Both the position numbers and the translations under genes were made by a program. A DNA stretch of 34,683 nucleotides, taken from positions 1 through 34,683 of the forward strand of contig JBBMKC010215029.1 in NCBI GenBank assembly GCA_037834085.1, in the 5' to 3' direction. The stretch's first letter is position 1. The number at the start of each line of letters is the position of its first letter. This stretch comes from Bipalium vagum. Taxonomy: Eukaryota. The notes under the pieces were generated by a model. It was given only the letters and a program-made list of their open reading frames with translations, was not told the origin of the DNA and did not search any database. This document shows positions 12,801-25,486 of the stretch, one piece after another.

Positions 12801-15800
12801 GACATGTAACGAAATTAATTTTATCAAAATTAAATTATAAAAATAAAAATTTTTAAAAAGACAAATAAATTTACTTTTTTATATTTAATCCAATAAAAGA
12901 GAGGAGTAAAAAAGCAATTAACAGATCGCAGTAAATTTATATTAAAAGACCAACATTTTAAAATAATGTAATATCTGTTAATCTTTAAGTTTAATAATAA
13001 TTAAGAAGCACTCAATTTCATCGTAGACAGATTGTAATTGGAAGCATGTTAATTTATCACAGAAGGTCTTTCTTGACAGGCTTATCTTCGAGAATAATAT
13101 ATCCGTTTTGAAGCCTTTTGAACCAATCTGAAGCTGTTTTATAGGCAATGACGCCTCCTTCAATATCACAAACAGTACCTGTGGTGACAGCAATAGTAAA
13201 TAACCTTTTCCAATAATGACTGATGAAACATCGAAACTTTTAAGAACTGTTATTAAAAATATTTATTTGGATAAAAGAAAATTAAACTATCAAAATTCCG
13301 GAAACTGTTTATACAACATAATTTTGACTCACTGAAAAAGTACTTTCGAGGTGGTTTTTTATGACTTCCGAGTTTTCAATAATATCATGTTATTAATATC
13401 TTTATAGGTGTTGAATGGATTGCATTTTTATTTTAATTTTTTTGCTTTTAATTTTAATTTTACCATAGTCATTTTGCTACTGGTGGTATAGGATTGAAAG
13501 ACATCGTTTCCTGGGGAGATTAAGATATCCTCTTGTCAAATGTTTGTGTTCAGTTTAACATTAATTACTTAAGAATTTTTTATTTTACTGCAGTTTAGAA
13601 ATTCTGCACATAATCATAAATACCAAATAGATAGTTAACTATTTAGTTCAACTGCGTCGAATAGTTGGAATAAATTTTAATTCCGTTATAATAATTTGAG
13701 ACCAATAGTTTAAGATAAGCGAATGTCAAATAAAATTCAATTAAATTTCTTAAAAATGGAAACTAATTAAAAGTTTAACAAATCAAATAAAGATCAAATC
13801 GGGTTATTTTTATAACTATTCTAAGCAAGGTTTCGAATTCAGAATGATCAGTAAAATGTATTAAAATCTAAAAAATATATTTAAGCACAAGAAATATTTA
13901 TATTTTTTTTAGAAATGCAAAACAATGTTATCGCATGCGCTATAATGGTATTGATCTGTAGTCTTTTCGCATTCGGACTGGCTTTAGCAAGCATTATATG
14001 GCAGTTGGTTCTTTGTGGAATGGTCGCTTCTGTATTGTTTGCCATGTCCGGTATATAATAATTGGATCAATTGAAATTTTATTTTGGAATTATTTTAATT
14101 GAATAACTTTATTTATTTTTGTTATATATGATGAAACTGTCAGAGAATAATAATATAATGGGACCGGGAGAAAACAGCATTTTCATAAAGTATTTTTATT
14201 TTGTGTAAAATATTTTTATGCCATTAAATATTTCTCATTTATAAAACCACAATTTCATGATATCTTGCTTGAATTCACTAATGTGAAGGGCAAATATCAA
14301 CGTGAGAATCTTACCCTTATTCTTGAAAATACTAGTTCTTATTTAACAAAATTTAGAAATTCTTTCTTGGAGCAGAATGTAATTAACCCTCCTAAGATAA
14401 GCCTGTTGGACAGCTTCATATTCCGAAATGTTGAGTCTAAGAGAAAAATAAAAACGTTCAAGTTCGTGCACGAAATTAAATGACCTAGGAGAACAGACAA
14501 CATAAAGGCTGACTCGTTAATTAAAGCAATTGAAAGACGATCTGAACAGCATTTTTTGTGTCACAGTGAATATTGGTCATTTAATAATGTACGATTTCTG
14601 GAATAAATGTTTTTAAAATGATGTTTTAATGGGTAGCTCTATATAAGAAATTATTTAATTAATAAAAACTTAAGTAATAAAGAAAATTTTGGTCTCTGTA
14701 GAAATAAAATGTTACATAAATTTAAATGATTATCTTTATAAAATTCTTTTCGTGTTGCAAACATTCGAAATCTTAATATTTAATGGAAAATAAAATGATC
14801 AGTTTTCACAATTTTTTGAACTAATCCTAAGCCGAATAATTAATTAATTGGTTTTTGCAAATTAGGAACAAAATCTTAGCAACTGTATGTACTTTATTTT
14901 TTATATTATTTGAAGAAGTAATTAAAATTAATTATTTTTTTTGTTAAATTTTTATTTTAGTTACACAAATTTATTTAAAAAAATAAAAATGGATTATAAA
15001 TTAACATTTTGGAAAATTCTTAATTATGATTTGTTTAGAAACTTTAAAAGATTTTTAAAATTAATTTAATGAGTTACAAATATTTTAATTTTAAAGGTTT
15101 TTAAATAATTACAGTTATAAAACATTTAAACAAAAGATAAATTAACTTAGAAATTTCAAATTCTCTTAAATCTCAAACGAATTTCCAGACATATTCCAGT
15201 AATGATAAAAAGAAGTGACTGAGTGTTTTTATTGATTATGAATTTTTGCAACAATTTAGCAAATATAATATTCTGTACACAAAAGTTGCATCAGAATTCT
15301 TAAGACACAGTTCAAATTTTAACAGCGAAGAGAATTCATAAGTAACTGACAATAACAAGGGATGATAATGGTAATTCATTAGTTTGAGATGAAAAAATGG
15401 TATGAAGTATCTTTCTATTTGTAATATGGGAAAATTTTTCCTTTCACTATTTAAGTGACCAATAGTATATAATATAAAAAATTTCTTTCCCATTAGAATT
15501 TACTTTGTATGGAAAAATTGAATTTTGGTTGAAAATTTTTATCAAGTTATTAATATATGATTTGTTCCAATTTAAAATATTTATAATAATCACTTAAAAA
15601 TGATATTGATTTAAAGTTTTACTTTAAATTAAAACAAAGTTAAAGAGATGGTAAAAGAGGGTAAAATGAGTTAATACTCGATATTTTATATGAATAATTA
15701 ATAATATGAACTTATCTAAATAAATTCCACAATGGTGTTGAAAAGGGTAACTGCTAGAAAATATAAGAAGCTAGAGAAATAATTTTATTCGACAAGAGGT

Positions 15801-18800
15801 AACTAATCTTATAGTGACATTAAGAAACCTTAATATTTTGGATGCTGAGCAATTTATGGATTTTAATGCAAGATTTTAAAAAAATAAAGTAATTTTTGGA
15901 TAAAAGTATTTAGATTGTAAAAATTCAAATATTTAATAGGTTATTTATATAATGGTTATTTAATATTATAAAATGTAATAAGTCTAAAATATAATAAGAA
16001 TTATAAAGATGAAAATAATTTTTTTTTCGTACAAAAAATTGTTTTATATTAAAGAAATTATATAGTAAAATACATTTCTATTAGATTAAAAAAATAATTA
16101 TCACGCTTTATTATGTATTTTTAATAGTGTTGGGTTCGCCAAAGACACGGCCACTAATAATAATAATAATAAAATTAATTAAAAAGAATAATAATAGTAA
16201 TTAATTAATTATTATTAATAATAATAATTTAAAACTTATAAAAATAACATTTTTTTTCGCCGTCGAGATAATAATTAATAACTTATAATAAAGACTGTAA
16301 TTCTTATGACAAACAAAATCTATTGATTCTGAAAATCCTTCTGACAATAAAATAATACTCTACTATTTCCTTCTTCTGAAAATAAAGATACGCTAAGGAA
16401 AATTACCACTCGATTGATTTCATTGCCTTTTTATATTTGCCAGTCCACTACTCAGTCATATGCCAATATTCTTATCCGGGAACATTAATTCCCTTCTTAA
16501 TACAATATTTATAAAATCGTTTCCTAATCGCAAACAATATCTTGAATACCAACTGTCAAGATCAAAATCCAAAAACATAATTTTAATATTAAATATTTAG
16601 TAATTATTATTAGAAATTTTTGATTATTATTTGTAATTTATAATTATAACAATTATTTCTCATGATACCCTATTGTGGTCTTTAAACTTAAATTTTTTAG
16701 TTGAATACTGGATGNNNNNNNNNNNNNNNNNNNNNNNNNNNNNNNNNNNNNNNNNNNNNNNNNNNNNNNNNNNNNNNNNNNNNNNNNNNNNNNNNNNNNN
16801 NNNNNNNNNNNNNNNNNNNNNNNNNNNNNNNNNNNNNNNNNNNNAAGGAAAGCCGTATTTTTAATAACAAACTTAATTACCATATGAAATAATAAATTTC
16901 TTATTATCTTAATATGTAATCTGGATTTTGAATATGATTTCTCTATTATAACGATTTTCTTATTTAACTCTAATCCAATGCAATAATTTTCTTAATATAT
17001 TTGAAAACAATAGGACTTTAAAAATCAATATTAGAAAAATCTTTCTTTTCTTATTCCTGTCTAAATTAAATTAACGGGATATCTATAATTAATTATTTTC
17101 TCAAATAATGACCTAGACAAAATATAATTCATTTATAAAATTTTAAAAAAGTTATCGCATATTATAAAATATATATTTTATTATGTGACACTCATTTATA
17201 CAAAAAATTATTATGTAATTTCATTTTCAAATGTCATTATATAAAAATTATACTTGTTGCGAATTTAATACATTATATTAACCAAGCCCATTAATGGTCT
17301 GACTCAAAAATCTTTTGTTTGTGTTCGATATGTACTAACACCTTAAAAAAATAATATATAAAAAGGTTTTTTTAATCACAACACAATTTATAACAAAGTT
17401 TTCACAATATACTTGTTTCAAATTTAAGAAACCGAAGAATGTAATAAAAATATTTTCTAATATAATCAATTATTCGTGTAATTAATTGGTTTTTCTCGCT
17501 TTAAAAATATTTTTTCTTTTATAAACAATTTTGGTAAATCGATATTAATGCACGTCTTTTGTCAAGGTTAATTAAGAATTTTTTAATTTAAGAATTTATT
17601 ATTTCTTATGTTATACAATTTTTTTTAGAATCTAGACTTACAAATTGATTTCTTTAGTTAGTGGAGCCTTTTATGGGAGCACAGCGACCTTAATAGTGAT
17701 AACTTTCGTTAAATTTAAATAATATATGAAGGTTTAGCATAAGTTCATATCGCTGATGTATATGTGGAATTTAAGTAATAATAATAATAATATAACATGT
17801 AAAAATTTTTATTTGGTTCACTTAGCCAATATTGATTATATTTATAGCATTAATTTGATAATATTAATAGTTTAAGTTTATCAATTCATTTACAGAAACT
17901 ATAATAGAAGTAGATAAAATACATATAAGCCACAGTATGATGTTTTTGTTTAATCTGAGCAAAACATCGGCCGAAGCAACTCGGATCATTTGCAATACAT
18001 ACGGTGATAGAGCAGTAGCCGATAGCTCATGTTGTCAATGGTACGACGCTTCAAAAGATGTGATTTTGATTTGAAAGATAAGGAACACATTGGGCGGTCA
18101 CATGACATAAGTTCGGATGACTTGGAAGCACTTTTAAAGGAGGATTCTACTCAATCGACAGTAGAGTTGGCAAGAAGGTTACATATTAAGCAGAGTACCA
18201 TAATTCAACGGTTGCATCATTTTGGAAAGATTCATAAAGAAGGAAAATGAGTTCCCCATGATTTATCGAAGAAGAATATTATCAGCCAACCAATTGAATC
18301 AATTGAGAAATATTAAGAGAAGAGAAATTCTTTATATGTCGCTCCTTCAGATTTTCATGCAGCACAGTCTTCCGGATAGGCGATTCGGGAATTTTGAAGA
18401 GGTACGATAATTCATAAACGAATGAAGCAATTAAATTAAAAAAAGACTTTTTTCCATCTTTCACCTAAAAGATAAGAAAAAGTTGTTAATAATGTCTGAA
18501 AATATTTTGATTGAATGTACTGTGTTATTTGTATTAGGTGTACAATTAAGTTTTAAAGCGTTTTTATTTAACGTTTTTCTTCAATGTAATATTAAATAAT
18601 AAGGATTTTTTTGCAAATTTATTTTTTAAGTCATTTAATTTTTTTGTTTTAATAATCTAATTTTAATATTTATTTGAACGCAATGTTTTAGAAATGGAAA
18701 ATATAAATGACCGAATGTTTATTCGCCATTGCATTCGACATTATTTTAATCAGGAAAAATCCGCTGCAGAAGCGTATGCATAGATCTTTTCCGTACTTGT

Positions 18801-21800
18801 AGATGATGATGTTTTTTAAACCTGTGAATTTTGGTTTCCCAAATTTCGGACAAGAATTTTGACCGACCAGAAACAAATCGGGACCCATTTAAAGGTCAAA
18901 TCTGCCGTTCTTCAACTATCTAGATACAGATTCATCGCAAACGCTAAAGAAACTCCACTAAAAAGCTTGGACATCCCAACAAAAGATTTCATATCAATTG
19001 AGTGCCATAGGAAAAACTGAAAAATATGGAAAGTGGATATCGCATTATTTGAGTAAAAAAAATAAAGATGCTCGTATCTTGGTGTTCTCCAACCTCTTTA
19101 ATAAACCGCGAAAAAAGTCTTTCTTGTGAAAAATAGTCACTTGTGATGAGAAATAGATCTATGAAAATCCTAAAAGAATAAAAAATTGGATAAAATTGAA
19201 CACAATAGATAGATAGATAGAACACAAAAACATCCGATTCACTCAAAAAGGGTATAATGTATATTTGGTGGGATATCAATGGCGTGCTGTATCTTGAACT
19301 TCTCCAACCGGGAGAAACGTTTTGTGGTGAGCACTATAAACATCTGTTGACTCGATTGAATGCAGAAATCGATGTAAAACGTCTATTCAAAGGCAAAGGC
19401 CAATGTCCAGTAAAATTGCTTCATGATAACACTAGGCCTCACATTGCAAGATGGGTCAAGAATATTTTAGTAACATTTGGTTGGAAAGTTTCGGAACACC
19501 TGGCGATGCCTGATATCACTCCATCGGACTCCCATCTCTTTCGCTCAATGTAAAATTCTTTGATTGATATGCACTTCAAGACCTTTAAGGGCATCCGAAA
19601 ATGGGTTGATAATTTCATCAAATCAAAAATCGAAAACTTTTTAAATGCCAGAATTCATCCTTTGTTTGAAAGATAGCTTAAGGTGATAGACTATAATGTT
19701 GAATATTTTGATGACTAATTGTACCTTGTTTATTTTTATAATCAAGGTTATATTTTTAAAAATCGCTTTAAAACTTATTTCTATATGAAAACAATTTAAT
19801 TTATTAATTTAACTAAAAATTTTAACTCATTTCTTAAAAAGCCGAAATCATACTAATACACCTAATACCATATAGTTGCAACAGCAAAGCTAAAACTTAA
19901 TATTACTTTGAGATTAAATTAATTATTTAAAACAAAAACAACATGCTGCTGCTATTTCGAATGAGATCTAAAATTTTTAATGTTTTTAATAACTTTGTTT
20001 TACAAAGTATTTTTTTATACAAATATCATAATTTTTTTATTTTATACTTCTATTAATAATTAAAAAGGGAAACGAGGCTTATTTCTTTTATCTTATTATA
20101 AAATAAAATATTCATTGTTTTTACAATATAAAGTAATTTTTTAAGCCTTCATAATCAAAAATATACACAAGCTTATGGTTAAAAATGTTTTATTTTCTTG
20201 TGGGATTGGTTTAAGTTTATCCAGAAGTGTAGTTTCACATCTTATTTGTTGATCTGATTTGATAGATTCTTCTCACTGGAGAAATTCTTAGATTCATATA
20301 TCAAAATCTCTCAGAAAATATGATTATTAATTCATCATTAATTAAATTAAATTATCAAATCACGTTTATTTATATCAATAAGGTTTATATTATCGCATTC
20401 AAAGGTAACCTTTTTTATTTATAATATTATATTGCATAGGAAAGAAAAGTATGGAATTATGATTGACGGTTGTGAATTTAGAATAATTTATTCTTTACAC
20501 TATTTTCTATTAAATCTGCGACAACTTTATATGCTAAAGTAGGCTTTTGTTATTCAATAGAAAATCGGGAGTGCTCAACCTCACTATACACTTATATATA
20601 TGTTTTAAGCAGATTGATATAGAATTGAATGAACTGAAGAGAAGATTACTTAATAACGCTTTTCCAAATTGGAAAATTGAAAAAATGATGGAAGATACCG
20701 TGATTAAATATTTGAAAAATTAAGAATGCAATGTGAAGAAAGAAAAACAGAAAAGTGAATATAAGAAAATTATTAAAATTCCCTATTCAGAGGGATTCAA
20801 GATTTTTATAATTAAAATATTACAGACAAAGAGTGAAGAAGGCCTGAAAGTAATATCTGTAACTGCGAAAACGAAGAATTTTTAAAAAATCAAAACAGTG
20901 ACTCCAAAACCAATGCAGGCTTATATCGCGTATAGATTCCAATGTCATAGATGTGATCATCTATACACAAAGTCACCTAAAGACACGAATTAGTGAGCAT
21001 TCTCATAAAACTAGAAGAGGTAAAGTGTTGGGTCATACTATTAATTGCAAAGAAAGACAAGGAAAAAAATGCCAATGAAAATGAGTTTAGTATAGTAATG
21101 AACCACTTTGATAATGATGAAGAAAGAAAATATGCGAATCATTAGTAATTAAAAACTAAAACCAGAAATTAATTCACAAAATGGAGAAAGCAGGAATCAA
21201 TAGATGATTAATGTTTCCTTTAATTACTATTTTTAAAAGTTTTAGAATTAAAAAGGTTATTTTTACTTTTGTCCAATAATAATGTTAATAATTTTATTAA
21301 AATCATGATAGTGATATCATTTGAAGATAGACATTGAAGAAGAATAAAATTGACTGAAGAAGATCTAAATGAAGAGATCGAAACATGTTTCAAGATAGTA
21401 GTATAAATAAAATTTTGTATGTTCAAAAATGTTTTTTTTAATATATCTATTGGTTAGATGAATGAAGAATATAAGAAATTCTTATTAATATTTAATTATT
21501 CTTCTTATGAAAATAAATACAGGATATATTTCAGTTAATTTTGAGATTTTAATTTTTTTTAATTAAGATAGTTTTTTAACGCATAAAATACTTTTATTTA
21601 ATTGGTCGACCAACTTTGAAAATGAAAATTTTTAAAAGATTTTTTTTTATTTAATTCCAGTAATTATCAGAGTCGAGATCATAAGGTGTACATCAAGGTT
21701 TGTAAAATTTGTAAAATCATCAAAGAGGTGATTTGAATACAGTATTTTTGGCAACTTCAAAGAGATTCAATCGATATTGACCAGAAAATATGACCAGTAT

Positions 21801-23362
21801 GGACACATGGTCAGATCAAGTCTAAGTGAAGTAAATTAAGCATGTTATGAGATTAGCCTTCAGTGATAAGGAAAATATAAATACATTATAAGTCTTTAAG
21901 ATAGAGAAATTGATATACTCAGTACAAAAATAAGAATTAAGAAATTAATTATCGAAGTTTCATATTTGCTAAACCTTAACTATGGTTCTCATTTAAATGA
22001 AGATGTCGACCAGTTAGTCTATTAAATCGAAATATACTGACTTCTTCAAAAAATTATGAGAATAGCAAAAAGAAAGGTTAGAACAACTAACGATGGCAGA
22101 AGAGTCAGTCAACTGTAGTCATAGAAAATCCGATTTGTTTCAAGACGTACGGAAAGCAGTAAAGAACGATCTTAAACTGTTAAAAACATCATAGGCAACT
22201 AGTAGAAGATTCTATAAAAATTCATATTAATGGATAGTAATGAAGGCCAGATAGAAATACCAAATAAAGATATGGTGGGCAGTTTATGGAAGACAGCAGA
22301 CTGAAATAGACCAGATGAAACTAACACGTAATTATTCTGCGCAAAAATGTATTATTTTTATTTCTTTGAATCAGTTTTGAGCAGATATCATATTCATTTG
22401 TTTTTGATAATCAGTTAATAAATGCGGTATCCACTTATTTAACTTCTTAACCTTGTCAATTTCCTTTAGGTGTTGAGAAACAGTTGAAATAGATACTGAT
22501 AATTTCTTGTATAAATTTTTTACTGTTTTCTGTGAGTTTGATTCAATAATTGTGTTCAAATCATCATTGTCCACTGAGGTTTTCCGCCTACGGAAATTTT
22601 CTAAGACGGAATTTGGCAAACCACCAACGGGTAGTTGATTCTGCTACATAACCATTTCCGAAAGCCTTGTTTATATTTCTCGTTGCATCTGCCGCAGAAT
22701 TTCCAAGTTTAAATTCGTAGAGATATATTGCTCTAATTTTCTGGTTTGTTAAAATTTTTAAAACTGTGCCAAAAAATGCTTTAATTTAAAGCATTAATTT
22801 AAAAGTTTTAATTTAAATGGAGATGGCGGATGATCAAACCATGATTAGATTATAATTAAACTTAATGAATCCGATGGATGACAGTAGAAAACCATCAGAT
22901 AAATTAACTGGATATTTATGAAGAAATGTAAAAGACAGTTGCAGATGTATAGGATCTTATTGATGAACCGAGTGAGATAAGTAATTATACTTTCCTAGAA
23001 TACTTAGTCAAATGACAAGAGGTAAAGAAAATATTTTAGTTATTAATTTTTTTTGATATTATAAAGGTTACAAAGAATAAGAAAATTGGGTGGAGAATCC
23101 TATCTGTAAATATGAATTCTTTTGACGATGAACATAAACAATGCAGAGGAATATTACTGACAAGAAAAGAGCAGTAAAGGAGCAAAGGAAACCATTAAAA
23201 CAAAAATGTAAAGATTCAAAGAGTCTGATAGGACATAAGGAAAACGATGCTGAATACAGAGATGAATATGAACATGAAAAACTCTGATAAACTCACTTCA
23301 GGCGTAGAATGTAGTAATCAAAATCAGACTGAAAAAAAGAATCGAATATGTGGTGAAATATG

Positions 23363-23411
<49 letters not shown>

Positions 23412-25446
23412 TAATAATATCAATTTTTATGAATCTTTTTGATAGAGGCAATGCGTTAGTAATTTGGAATGCACCGGTAAAGACAAGTACAACTTAAGGG
23501 TAATATTAAATTGGATGGTAATATACTCGAATTACCAAACGAAATTTAGAGATTTTTTGATGCAGAAACATGGAAGGTGTTATATTTATTGAGCATACCA
23601 AACAAAAAAATTGTAATTATTGGAAATTTGTTTACAAAATACCAATTTCAGTATGTGAGATATGGTATATCTTAAGATAGCTGATTTAAAGAAGGTGGAA
23701 GTGGAGAAAGAAAAAGTAGTTACAATGTTAAGAAAGGCATGTAACATTTCTTAAAGATCAAAACAGTACATAAATAAATAATATCAATTGTTTTACTTAA
23801 TAAAATGAAACCCGTAGAGGCCAGGTTTGTCAGGAAATAAAGTACATTACAATGTTATGTAGCAGTGTGTGCAATCAATCATAAATGCATGTTTGTAAGT
23901 CTACAGAATATCTTAAAAACGACCGAAGTAGAAAAATGGAAATTAAAATGGCTAATTATGTCAACTCTGAACTAGATTATCTATTATTTGCTTAAACAAT
24001 CAGAATTGGTACTAACTGATTGTCTAATCAACAGAGAAGTTCTTAAAAATCGATTCGATATGATTATTATCAACTAAGATTTAGTTTCTAATGTTAATGT
24101 AGGATCAGAAAGTTTTGTAATCACTATCATACTTTTTCAATGGTTTTTGTCCTTAAAATCGAACGGGCAATCGTACATTAATCGTTGGTGACCTTGGCGA
24201 ATCCAAAATATACATATATATCGTAATTACTTTATTGTGAATTTATTTAATTCTGAACATTCACAATAGGCTAATTACTTTTTTGTCAATTGAAGTCGGA
24301 AATAAGGAGCTGGATGAAGTTTTTATCTAAGCATATTTGATTATTTATGAGAGTAATTTAAATAAAATAATGGTAATTGTGCTTTCGATTAAACTCAAGA
24401 ATTCTTTACTATATCATAAAATTCTCGTCAATTTTATAACTTTTCAAAACTCGGCATTTAGATATATAGCAGATGGTTAAATTATTGTTGGTGGTTTAAA
24501 TAGTTTTTGTTATTTAAAAAATGCTTTAACTTATTATTGGAATCCATAATTATATCCTTCTATAAAAATCGCTGAATGTAGCACAATTTAAATAAAATTA
24601 AAATATTTTAAATAATCATGTCTTTTTGCTCTACATATAGATAAAGTATTTAACTACGTATAAAGTATTTAGTCAACACTAAGACGAGCGGTGGACAATG
24701 ATTTAAAAGGGAAGTTCTACGTCATGAGAAGAAGACATTTTGTATCGGCAAAAAGCAAAGAAAATCATTTAAGTGTTTTTTAAACAAAATCAAGCATCCT
24801 GATCATCCAAACAGGTTAGGGTTCTTTTCTGATGAAAAAATTTTTACTCAAGATCAAAAGGTTAATAGGAGGAACGATTGATGGCTGTGCTCCAGTGCTT
24901 CTGAAGTCCCTGATGTTATGAACACCAAGTTTCCATCATCTTTAATGATATTGGGTGTTGTGAGCAACGAATGTTATGTTATGCCTCCATATTTCTTTCT
25001 AGACTTAGAATTAATAAATCTCTTTATATCGAGTGTCTGGATACATATGTGAAGCCCTGGATTGAAAAAATTTTTAAATATGATTTAAATCCTTTGGAAT
25101 ATTTCGTATGGAGCGTCGTAAAGAAGGAGATGAACAAACATCCTCATAATACCAAAGATTCATTACGGACTTCTTTAAGTTCTGTTATGATAAATATGAA
25201 AAAAAAACCATTTGATCGCGACTTGTAAGCTTTTCAGAAGCCACCTTGAAGCTGTAATTGACACTGAAGGCGATTGAATAAATAAAACTTGTGTACTTAA
25301 AACAAATAAGTTTCTAATATTGGTTAAAAATATACATTCTTTTCATTAAAAATATTACTTACCTTTAATATTAATTTTTGTCCTCAAATAGCTGGCGCAC
25401 CCTGTATATTAATTAATATCATTTAATTATACGTACGAATAAACTA

Positions 25447-25486
<40 letters not shown>

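Noticed and set aside
13218-13245. CTGATGA...GAAAC hammerhead-like words
   Set aside because: No pairable stem II or stem I; it is the antisense of a mariner N-terminal coding relic.
15200-15870. Possible LINE/RTE fragment (RDDNGNSLV*DEK)
   Set aside because: One short resemblance only; no RT motifs recovered.
16653-16892. Three ORFs spanning the N run
   Set aside because: Artefacts of the assembly gap.
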